NCBI GenBank assembly: GCA_032249135.1
Contig: JAVVGL010000001.1
Location: forward strand, 96,001-160,000
Origin: Candidatus Calescibacterium sp.
GTDB taxonomy: Bacteria; Calescibacteriota; Calescibacteriia; Calescibacteriales; Calescibacteriaceae
Direction of reading: 5' to 3'
DNA: 64,000 nucleotides
Position 1 is the stretch's first letter. The number at the start of each line of letters is the position of its first letter. Below are positions 1-9,300 of the stretch, piece after piece. The translations under genes were made by a program, and so were the position numbers. Under the pieces are notes generated by a model. It did no database searches and had not been told where the DNA came from. It was given only the letters and a program-made list of their open reading frames with translations.

Positions 1-1624
1 AAAAGAACGAACAGGCGGGTATTGATGGTTTTCCTTCTTCGTCTCTTTCATAACAACCACATGTTGGATGAAATTCGCAGGGTGTCCAAGCAGATTCAGA
101 GCACAAACAAGGTTTATAAACGAAAATAAGAGAAGTATTCAAGTACTCTCTCTCCAAGATAATAAAGTCCCAATCTGTGTAAGGGGGAGCAGGAAATTTT
201 TCCTCCCACCTATAATAGTCAATCACCTCCCCCTTAGAAGGTTCAATATGAATATATAATTTCCCATCTTCATAATAAATTTTTATTACAAAGTAATGAT
301 CCCCCCCATAATACCACCTTTCGTTATACAAGCCTATGGCAAGTATAAACTTTTTTGAAAAATCAACTTTTATCTCACTTCCAGAAAAACATATTAGCTG
401 ATCCTCCGATGTTACTTTGTAATAAAGAATTGTAACTCGGGTCGGATAAATAGTATCCCTGAACTCCGGAGTTTTACATTTTGCAGTTCCTAAGCCTACC
501 TCTATTATCTTCTTCCCGTCGCCAGTATAGTATTCTCTTTCTCCGTATGTAGAGCATGGGGTTTCGTAAGTATAAATGTATGTGGATGAGAATTGAAAAT
601 TGGTTGGTCTAAGGCAACGAATAAGAAATTCTCCCCGTTCTTTAGCAATAGAGTTATTAATAGGATCAGTAGAGTCAAACCCCCACAAATAGTCAAACTC
701 ACTCCATTCATCAATAATTCCATCCTCATCATTATCAATTCCATCACAGCCAGGAAATGTTAAAGGGCAAACATATTCTACTTGTATTTTCCCACTGTCA
801 TCAACTTTGCCATCGCAATCATTATCTATTCCATCTTGTAAATCAAAAACCTCCGGATTTTTTTTAGAATCTTCATCATCACAATCCCCTGAAAGAGTTG
901 TAATACCAGTAGGAAATTTAAATTCGGAAAATTTAAAATAACACATTAAACCCATCTCTGAAATACCATATCCATCTCCGTCGCTGTCCCGATAAACCTT
1001 AGGACAACTTAAACAAACTATGTTTGAAAATTCAGAATCTCCTCCTTTACCATAAGCTAAAACGCCGTAGCAATGTTCCTTCCCTTCCTTTTCTTCAATC
1101 TCAAAAGATGTAACAGAAGAGGGGGCAAGTCCTATTGCAACAAACTTATCTTGAATTTTTTTTAAAATCTTGAAACCAATTCCTTCGCCTCCATTCCCAT
1201 GCCATATTATTTTTATTTTGTTCCCATCAAAGATGTGAATTTGTAAATAAGGAGAAGGTGGAGGTGATATTTTTTTATTTTCTTTGGGAATTTTAACACA
1301 AGCTTCACCTAAACTTATCTCCTGACCGGCTGATTTTGCTTTCACTTCCCAACAATATCTTTTCCCAGGTTCCACACCACCGTCAGGATAGAAAGTAATT
1401 GAAGACGGAAACAAAGCAAGAAGTTCTTTTGAGTTATCTATTACCCTTGAGACCTCGTATGAATCTACTTTCTCTTTTCCTTCCCATTTGACAAAAACAA
1501 GTTTTGATGATATAACTTCTAATTCTATTAGGTTCTGAATCGTTTTATCTTCACATAAAAGTAGGAGGAAGGAAAGAGAAAAAATAAAAAAGATTTTTTT
1601 CATTCTTGTTTTTTTCAACATCAT
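1..1624 (-). CDS. Cys-rich putative lipoprotein (FN3-like, MopE-type repeat, PrcB-C-like region); 3'-partial; paralog of 60517..62226
   Basis: Absent from the ORF track because it has no stop inside the window. Manual translation from ATG 1624 stays open to base 1: MMLKKTRMKKIFFIFSLSFLLLLC...KWEGKEKVDSYEVSRV...DSDGDGYG...GDCDD...DGIDNDCDGKVDD...VDFSKKFILAIGL...YTDWDFIILEREY, collinear with 60517..62226. Confidence 0.85.
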   Translation of the reverse strand, partial: MMLKKTRMKKIFFIFSLSFLLLLCEDKTIQNLIELEVISSKLVFVKWEGKEKVDSYEVSRVIDNSKELLALFPSSITFYPDGGVEPGKRYCWEVKAKSAGQEISLGEACVKIPKENKKISPPPSPYLQIHIFDGNKIKIIWHGNGGEGIGFKILKKIQDKFVAIGLAPSSVTSFEIEEKEGKEHCYGVLAYGKGGDSEFSNIVCLSCPKVYRDSDGDGYGISEMGLMCYFKFSEFKFPTGITTLSGDCDDEDSKKNPEVFDLQDGIDNDCDGKVDDSGKIQVEYVCPLTFPGCDGIDNDEDGIIDEWSEFDYLWGFDSTDPINNSIAKERGEFLIRCLRPTNFQFSSTYIYTYETPCSTYGEREYYTGDGKKIIEVGLGTAKCKTPEFRDTIYPTRVTILYYKVTSEDQLICFSGSEIKVDFSKKFILAIGLYNERWYYGGDHYFVIKIYYEDGKLYIHIEPSKGEVIDYYRWEEKFPAPPYTDWDFIILEREYLNTSLIFVYKPCLCSESAWTPCEFHPTCGCYERDEEGKPSIPACSFF

Positions 1625-1692
1625 AGACAATATAAATCCTGTAATCTAAGATCTGAACTTCTCAATACTTATATTTTAAATCATCATCTAAC

Positions 1693-1775
1693 TTTAATTG
1701 TTGGTGAATTAACTTCTTTACGTTTGCCAATTGAGAAATTAAAGCTCTTATCAGCTTGCGGGTTAGATTTTGCTA
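1693..1775 (-). pseudogene. Decayed relic of the 3' end of the MopE-repeat gene (62295..64000)
   Basis: Nucleotide similarity (tttgccaattgagaaattaaagct vs tttgccagttgatggattaaagct) to ~62295-62370, next to a shared exact spacer tacttatattttaaatcatcat. Confidence 0.6.
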
Positions 1776-1830
1776 TCTGAATATAATTATTTTTTACATT
1801 GTTTTGTATTGGTATGTTAAAAACAGACTG

Positions 1831-2379
1831 TCAAATTTTTTTACCCTTTTCTAAAATCAAAACCCCATCTTTTTCGGCTCCTTTCTCCTTCAACATAACC
1901 TCTACAATCTCGTCATCACTTACTTTCAGATGCGCAGAAAAAAAGTCAGGATGAATAGGCAATTCCCTCCCTACCCTATTTATCAAAGTAAATAACCTTA
2001 CCTCCTTTGGTCTCCCAAACTCAAAAATTTCAGATAAAGCTGCTCTTACAGTTCTACCCGTATATATAACATCATCAATAAGATATATTTTCGCATCATC
2101 AACAGGAAAATTCATTTCGGTTCCCTTAACTATTGGATGAGGATTTCGTGTGAGGTCATCTCTCCAAAATGTTATATCAATTGAACCAAAGAAAAAATTT
2201 ATATTTTTTTGCTGAGTTTCAGATTTCAATCTCTCATAAATTCTTTTAGCTAAGAAAAATCCACCTGTTTTTATACCAACAATTGCTATGTTATCTTGAT
2301 GTTTGGCATTATCTAATATTATATCTTTTGCCTCTGACACAAATTTCTCAATAATTTCCGGTCCGAAAAGAACTCTCAT
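1831..2379 (-). CDS. pyrR: Bifunctional pyr regulator / uracil phosphoribosyltransferase
   Basis: IDITFWRDD, PRPP-binding LIDDVIYTGRTVRAAL, GRELPIHPDF motifs. Confidence 0.92.
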   Translation of the reverse strand: MRVLFGPEIIEKFVSEAKDIILDNAKHQDNIAIVGIKTGGFFLAKRIYERLKSETQQKNINFFFGSIDITFWRDDLTRNPHPIVKGTEMNFPVDDAKIYLIDDVIYTGRTVRAALSEIFEFGRPKEVRLFTLINRVGRELPIHPDFFSAHLKVSDDEIVEVMLKEKGAEKDGVLILEKGKKI

Positions 2380-2903
2380 GCTTTCTTTTCCTCTGACTTT
2401 TTCAATTCAAGAGCTTTTTTGAATTCATTCACCATCTCATCATCAATATCTATCAATATAACTTTTTTGAGCTTTTTTGCTTTGAAGTTGAGTATTGTTT
2501 CTATCATAGCCTCAGCGGCGTCTTTTTTGCTTACACCTCCAACACCTGTCCCCATCCCAGGCATAGCTATGACCTCAAACCCCATATTTTCTGCCTCTTC
2601 AAGTGCAGCTTGGGTTGCTTTCTTTACATTCTCAACCCCTATCCTCATCGCAGGTCTTTCCATAGTTGGAGCATGAATTATACCCTTGAATTTATCTCTA
2701 AGCTTACCCGCAGAAGTCGTTACAGCTTTTCCAACTGGGATTGGCGCTTTCTCAATTGCTTCTTTTTCAACTTCATCTCCGCATGTTCTTTTGAGGAAAC
2801 CAGCAACACCACCTCCCATATATCCGAGAGAGTTTGCAGCATTTACAACAGCATCTGCCTCACAATCAATTATACTTCCCTTTCTTACCTCTATCTCCAC
2901 CAT
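2376..2903 (-). CDS. Macro-domain (ADP-ribose-binding) protein
   Basis: AVVNAANSLGYMGGGVAG, IIHAPTM, MPGMGTGVGG macrodomain motifs; 4-nt overlap with pyrR. Confidence 0.92.
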   Translation of the reverse strand: MVEIEVRKGSIIDCEADAVVNAANSLGYMGGGVAGFLKRTCGDEVEKEAIEKAPIPVGKAVTTSAGKLRDKFKGIIHAPTMERPAMRIGVENVKKATQAALEEAENMGFEVIAMPGMGTGVGGVSKKDAAEAMIETILNFKAKKLKKVILIDIDDEMVNEFKKALELKKSEEKKA

Positions 2904-2991
2904 ATAAAATCACAAGTAGGTAATTTTAAACTGAACAGAAAATAGTCAGAATTTTATTTTTTAATTTTATTTTTCCTTAACTTATAATTTT

Positions 2992-4239
2992 ATGGGATTG
3001 GCAAGAGAAATAGCCGAAAAAGCAAAAAAGGCTCAGCCGCAAATAGCGAGAGCCAGTTCAGACAAAAAAAATAAAATACTTCAAAAAATAGCAGAATACC
3101 TTGAAGAAAATATAGAGAGCATCCTGAGTGCAAACCAAAAAGATTTATCTAATGCTGAAAAAAACGGAGCAAACAAAGCATTACTTGATAGACTTAAACT
3201 TGATGAAAAAAGAGTAAAAGCTTTAATAAAATCAGTAGAGGAAATAATAAAGTTGCCAGATCCGGTAGGTCAAATTATAGAAATGAAGCCAAGACCAAAT
3301 GGACTCCTGGTTGGAAGAATGAGAATACCCCTTGGAGTAATTGCCACTATCTATGAGGCAAGACCCGGAGTCACGGTAGATATAGCATCTTTGTGCATAA
3401 AATCTGGGAACGCAGTCATTTTGCGCGGAGGCTCCGAAGCTCTCGAAACAAATTCAGTACTTGTTCAATTAATAAAAAAAGCAATAAAAGACGAAGGAAT
3501 AGATGACAATATAGTTGGCTTTATAAATGATCCATCAAGAGAACATATTTTTGAGCTTCTAAAACTTGAAGAACTTATAGATCTTGTGATACCACGAGGA
3601 GGAGAAGGACTTATAAGATTTGTTGCAGAAAATTCAAGAGTGCCCGTTCTGAAACACTACAAAGGAGTATGCCATATATTTGTTGATGAATTCGCAGACC
3701 TTGAAAAAGCTTACAAAGTCTGCCTCAATGCAAAGGTTCAAAGACCATCAGTATGCAACGCTATGGAAACTTTACTTGTCCACGAAAAAATAGCAGAAAA
3801 ATTTCTTCCAACCATGGGAAAGATTTTCAGAGAACATGGAGTTGAACTGAGAGGATGCGAAAAAACAAGAAAAATAATCCCCTACGCTATACCAGCAACA
3901 GAAGATGATTGGTACGCAGAGTATCTTGACCTTATTTTAGCTGTAAAAGTTGTATCATCAATTGATGAAGCAATAGAACACATAAAAAAATATGGCTCAT
4001 CTCACACAGAAGCAATAATAACGGAAAACTTAGAGAATGCGATGAAATTCATAAGAGAAGTTGATTCATCATCTGTTATGGTCAATGCTTCAACAAGGTT
4101 TGCAGATGGATACGAATATGGACTCGGCGCAGAGGTTGGGATATCAACAACAAAACTCCATGCCTACGGTCCTATGGGACTTGAAGGTCTCACAACACTA
4201 AAATGGATAGTCTTCGGAAACGGACACATAAGAGAATGA
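2992..4239 (+). CDS. proA: Gamma-glutamyl phosphate reductase
   Basis: PLGVIATIYEARP, PSVCNAMETLL, NASTRFADG, GISTTKLHAYGPMGL. Confidence 0.97.
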   Translation: MGLAREIAEKAKKAQPQIARASSDKKNKILQKIAEYLEENIESILSANQKDLSNAEKNGANKALLDRLKLDEKRVKALIKSVEEIIKLPDPVGQIIEMKPRPNGLLVGRMRIPLGVIATIYEARPGVTVDIASLCIKSGNAVILRGGSEALETNSVLVQLIKKAIKDEGIDDNIVGFINDPSREHIFELLKLEELIDLVIPRGGEGLIRFVAENSRVPVLKHYKGVCHIFVDEFADLEKAYKVCLNAKVQRPSVCNAMETLLVHEKIAEKFLPTMGKIFREHGVELRGCEKTRKIIPYAIPATEDDWYAEYLDLILAVKVVSSIDEAIEHIKKYGSSHTEAIITENLENAMKFIREVDSSSVMVNASTRFADGYEYGLGAEVGISTTKLHAYGPMGLEGLTTLKWIVFGNGHIRE

Positions 4240-4325
4240 GAAAACAATAGAGAAAAAAAGAAAAGGAAAAATAAAAAACAAAAGCATAAAAAAAGAAAGG
4301 CAAATAAATAAAAAAGAAAGAAAGA

Positions 4326-5306
4326 ATGATAAACAGAGAAAAAAGATATAAATCTTTGAACGATTTTTTGAAAGAATACTTTGGGGAGAAAGTTTATAGA
4401 GTATCAGTAGATGGTGGTTTTACATGTCCTGTAAGAGATGGGACAAAAGGTTGGAGAGGATGTATATTTTGCAACATAAAAAGCTTCACTCCACCATATT
4501 CGGAAAGATGGAAAAGTGTAAAAGAACAAATCTTACAAGGAATTGAAATCGTAAGAAAAACAAGAAAAGCAAAAAAATATATGGTTTATTTCCAGCCTTA
4601 CACAAATACCTACGGAGAAGTAGAAAAATTAAGAAAACTTTACTATGAAGCTCTGGAATCTCATCAAGATATAGTTGGTCTATTTATAGGAACAAGACCA
4701 GATTGCCTTCCACAAGATGTCTTAGATTTACTTGAAGAAATAAATGAAAAAACTTTTCTTGTTGTAGAATTGGGACTTCAAACCGCAAACGACAAAACTC
4801 TTGAAATAATAAAAAGAGGACACACAGTTGAGGATTTTATAAAAGCAACTCAGGAACTTCACAAAAGAAAAATCAAAGTTCTTGTACATGTTATAATTGG
4901 ATTACCGGGTGACACAAGAGAAGATTACATCAACACTGCAAAACTTCTTTCCGAACTCGGAGTCTTTGCAGTCAAAATCCATCCACTTCATGTTGTCAAA
5001 TTCACCGAACTTGAAATATGGTATAAAGAAGGTAAATACACTCCATTAACTCTTGATGAATATGCAAACTATGCTGTTGAATTTCTTGAGTATTTAGATG
5101 ATTCAATTTATATTGCAAGGCTCACAGGAGAAGCTCCTGACAAACTTCTTGTAGCTCCAGAATGGTGTAAAAATAAATTCAAAGTGCTTGAAAAAATAGA
5201 GGGAATTCTTGAAGAGAAAAATACATATCAGGGAGCAAAGTGGAAAATAGAACTCAAGAAATCAGAAAGATTTGCTTTTCTTGCAAACTCTTCAAGTACT
5301 TCATAA
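4326..5306 (+). CDS. TIGR01212 (YhcC-like) radical SAM protein
   Basis: GFTCPVRDGTKGWRGCIFC, YFQPYTNTY, GTRPDC, ELGLQT, KIHPLH. Confidence 0.9.
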   Translation: MINREKRYKSLNDFLKEYFGEKVYRVSVDGGFTCPVRDGTKGWRGCIFCNIKSFTPPYSERWKSVKEQILQGIEIVRKTRKAKKYMVYFQPYTNTYGEVEKLRKLYYEALESHQDIVGLFIGTRPDCLPQDVLDLLEEINEKTFLVVELGLQTANDKTLEIIKRGHTVEDFIKATQELHKRKIKVLVHVIIGLPGDTREDYINTAKLLSELGVFAVKIHPLHVVKFTELEIWYKEGKYTPLTLDEYANYAVEFLEYLDDSIYIARLTGEAPDKLLVAPEWCKNKFKVLEKIEGILEEKNTYQGAKWKIELKKSERFAFLANSSSTS

Positions 5307-6220
5307 GACACTATATCTTCAAAGAAATCCTCTATTAGGAAAACTTTATAATTTTTGAGTTCAAGCTTATTTTTTATTTCTTGTTTTTGTTTCTGAGATA
5401 GTAAAAAAAGTTTTTTATGAAATTCTTCCACACCTTTCGGAGAATTTATAGGGACACCATTTTCTGTAAAGTTCAAAAACCTATTTATTATAACAAATTT
5501 TATTTCTAACCCCCTTTGTTCTGTTTCCTTTATTATAGATATGAGTTCATCTATTTTATTATCATAAGGTATTGATACACCTACAAAGTATGTTTCTTCG
5601 CTTCTCAATATTTTTTCAGCTTCATAAGATATTTGCTGCATTTTATCAAAGACACTTTTTAGATTTCCGAGAAACTTTGCGAACTCAACAATAAAATCTA
5701 AACCTAAAATTTTTCCAGCCAAAGATAATGGACCTGCTAATTTTTTCCCACCAAAAGCCGCTATATCTAAAAAATATTTTATCGCATCTGTTTCAAACAA
5801 ATTCAAAATTTTTCTTGGAGCATCCAAAAAAGAGATGAATTTAGAAGATGGAGGAGTATCAACAACCATAAAATCAAAATCTTTCTCATATAGTTCCTGA
5901 ATTTTCAAAAAAGCAGAGTACTCCTCAGAGGGGAGCATTTCAGCTGCTATCTCAAAAAGCTTTGAATTTTTCAAATCTGAAATTCCGTATTTTTCTATGA
6001 ACCTCAAAAACTCATCTTTTTTGTTAACCTGAGTTACCCAGAGGTTTTTGTTTATCTGCCTTATTTCATCTATTTTTATAGATAGAGCAGATTTTAGCCT
6101 TTGAGCAGGATCAATAGTTATAAGTATTGTCTTATACTTTTTGCTTATCTCAATTGCAGCAGCCGCTGAAATCGTTGTCTTTCCAACACCACCCGGTCCC
6201 AAAAAAATCAAAACTTTCAT
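5228..6220 (-). CDS. ArsA/Get3-family P-loop ATPase (Rv3680-like)
   Basis: GPGGVGKTT, TIDPAQRL, VVDTPP..FLDAP. Start set at ATG 6220 (MKVLIFLG). Overlaps the convergent radical SAM gene by 79 nt. Confidence 0.8.
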   Translation of the reverse strand: MKVLIFLGPGGVGKTTISAAAAIEISKKYKTILITIDPAQRLKSALSIKIDEIRQINKNLWVTQVNKKDEFLRFIEKYGISDLKNSKLFEIAAEMLPSEEYSAFLKIQELYEKDFDFMVVDTPPSSKFISFLDAPRKILNLFETDAIKYFLDIAAFGGKKLAGPLSLAGKILGLDFIVEFAKFLGNLKSVFDKMQQISYEAEKILRSEETYFVGVSIPYDNKIDELISIIKETEQRGLEIKFVIINRFLNFTENGVPINSPKGVEEFHKKLFLLSQKQKQEIKNKLELKNYKVFLIEDFFEDIVSYEVLEEFARKANLSDFLSSIFHFAP

Positions 6221-6341
6221 TTTTTTGAATTTACTCTTTTCAAAAATCAAAGGTGATTTAAGCAAAAAAGCTCTATTGGTGGTATACACCAAAAACCTTT
6301 GATAAAGTAGGCACTATTTATTCCTGCGAGTTAATCAACGA

Positions 6342-9300
6342 TTATTTTCTTTTTGCAATTGTAGAAAAGGAAAATCTAAGTGAGATGAAAATGATAAAGA
6401 TTAATAGAAATCCAAAAGACACCCCAGCGGTAGAAGAACAACCAAGAACTCGGGGTTTTTCTGAGACAAAGAACCTATGAGAATATGTTGAAATATTTCC
6501 GACATCGTCTTTTGCTCTTATGTGAAGAATGTGCTCGCCTTTTGCAAGAGAGTTTATCTCTATTGATGTAAGTTCAGAAGCTGGTACCCACTCACTCCAC
6601 TCACCATCATTTAATTTCCAAGAGACCAAAGTTTCTGATTTCTGAGCCTGCGCATCTTGAACATCTATAAATGCTTTGAACTTTGAACCTCTTACCATCT
6701 CTGGTGCGGTAAGTTTTATGTCTGGTCCGAGAGAGTCTATTCTGAAAGTATATCTTGCAGGAGTTGGGTCTATCAGTTTGTTTTCATCTTGAGCTCTTAC
6801 TTCAAACACATGCCAGCCTTCAAGCAGGTGATGAAGCACAACTGAGTTTTCTCTTTGCCAGAGGTTCCATGTTCCACCATCAAGCCTCCAAGAATACCTG
6901 AACCTTGAGCTATGTGGCGACCAAGCTGCAAACTCAATTTTTGTATAAAGAGCATGCGGGTCCGATGTGTAAGTTATGAATGTCTCAGGAGGAGTAACCC
7001 TGAACCCATTTTTTGATTTTCCACTACCACTATGTAAGTTTACTGCTTTAGGAGAAAAACCCATAAGCAAAGGACATATTGGCGGTAGCGAAGGACCACC
7101 ACCACCACATTGTGGGATATCATAGAGGTCATCCCCACTTCCGCCTCCACCCCCGCCTCCTCCACCGCTTGGGCAATCGGCAGGGCAAGAAGCAGAAGAT
7201 TCACCCGGATCGCATGTGCCATTTCCACAGAAACAATCAGCAGGACAAGAGGAAGTACTTTCCCCTTTGTCACAGGTATTGTTGCCACAATAACAGTCGG
7301 TAGGACAGGTATTATTATCTTCATCTGATTCACAAATGTCATTACCACACTTCAATAGAGGAAGCATAGCCGCTGCCATGAGTTGCGATACAATACGCGG
7401 AGCCCTTCCTCTCCAGTGAATAAAGATTTCAAAATAGTCCCCAACATTATCTTTGGGATTACCTGCAAAAGGTTGATCCCAAGCCAAAGTTGAACCAAAT
7501 TCTGGACCAACCCACGGGAAGTTAATTTCAATTGGTAATTTAAGCGATCTGAGCTGAGAACCAACCCATCGTGCATACTTATCTTCTGCAAATCCCGCAA
7601 GAGCTAAAATGTCCACCCCTTGTAAAAGTGCTGCCGGGTCAAAAGCTAACCTGCATTTTATTCCAAGAACTTCATTCAGGAGAATAGGTAATATATTTGC
7701 AAGTATTCCTTCCCAATCCGACCCTGAGAGTCCGAGGGCATTCGTGTTATATGCTATAAAGTATCTGACATCTGGGTCTACATACATTGTCAAATCTATG
7801 ACTCTGGCAAATGTTCCCCCTTCAGGGAAGTAGTTTCCGCCCTGAGTAGGATCAACTGGGTTCCCATAGTAATCTCTATAATATGATGTCAAGGGTTTTG
7901 AGAAATCAATAGTATCAGGTCCTGGGAATTCAACTGTCATTCCACAATCAGGGAATACACATGGGACTATATCTAAATCAAGTGAAACTCTTATTCCCAC
8001 CGTCAGACCAAATACCCTCATCCATGTCTGGCTTGCAACAGGGTCTGTTATAGTACCGGTTGTGATCACATTGAATGAAAAATCAACATAAGGTATTTCT
8101 ATCATAAGGTCTGCTGTATCAAACCAAGTTGTAGGCTGAACGAACATCGTAAAGGATGAACCATATGTCGCATTTGACATGAATTCATTCCAGAAATTAA
8201 CTCTCGTTGAGTTCTGAGAATAGACGGAAAGTACTGGTCTGAAAGTTGGACCTCCTGTTTTTGCGTAAGCCACAACAGATAGAGGTCTGTTATAGGAAGC
8301 TGCTCCGCCTGTATTTCCGGATGGGTTTCCTGGGTCTTTATAAATCGGAATAATCTCAAGAGCCATCTCCTTTCCGGGATATCTATCTTTGAGTTGCGGC
8401 ATAAAGAAGGCGAATTTATCCGTGTTTTCCAAGGAACTAATACAGAATCTAGACTTTCTATCTGCCCACAAGCACATAAGTCCATCTCCTATAAATTCGT
8501 AAAGAAACCTTGATATCAAATTGTGGTGAATTCCTATCCCCACATAGTAGTTTGTAATTGAATAAGCATATCTACCTTCTCCTAAGGTTGATGGAGCAGG
8601 AGCCGTTGGTAGAAGTTCAGTTTTAAAAACATATTGAGATGAGCCACCGTTCACGATTGTGCAAGTATCAACACTCCTATAAGGAGGAGGCGGACAAGAA
8701 CCTGCTCCTGCTGGTATATCACATTCGGGTATAGGTATTATTGGGCTTGTTGCAGCAGTAACAAAAGAGGCAAACTGGACACAACTTGTAACATAATTGT
8801 TAAATCCAACTTTCTTTACCTGTGCTATACCCGTAATTTTATCCCCTCCTTCTGTATGCTGAAAAGTATATCTTATATCAATTCCAACATTTGCTGCTAT
8901 AATAATTCCGGCTGAATCTGCCCAAAAATCGTTTGTAAAACCAAAATCAAAAAATATCCTATTTGGTTTGTGCATATAGTATTTTGATAAACTACTTCTT
9001 CCTGTGGATGATTCGCCGGTCTCATTAATCTGTCTTTAAAGCTAAAAAGCTGCATCGGAGAAAGGAAATATCCAATACAAGAAGAGTATTGCTGCCCTGG
9101 GGTTGGGATGCAAGTTGTGTTGAATGTATCAATTGCAATCATTCTCAAAACTGTATCAAGCCAAACCAGAGTTTTTGCAAACTTCTGTGAAACCCTGTAT
9201 TCTGGACAATATGAAACAGAACCCACCTGGTTCCACGATGTTGCCCAGCAAGCAGGAGTAGTCACCGATGCGCTCATAGGTTCAAAGTCATACGCAACTC

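Noticed and set aside
180-600. DGR template/variable repeat pair with ~60700-61120
   Set aside because: Differences include many synonymous C/T changes and indels rather than adenine-specific substitutions; no reverse transcriptase in the window.
505-747. 80-aa ORF (and 68..259)
   Set aside because: Alternate-frame or antisense shadows of the long partial CDS 1..1624.
9020-9050. Programmed -1 ribosomal frameshift signal in the split giant gene
   Set aside because: No in-frame X XXY YYZ heptamer with a downstream structure was identified; a simple indel is more parsimonious.
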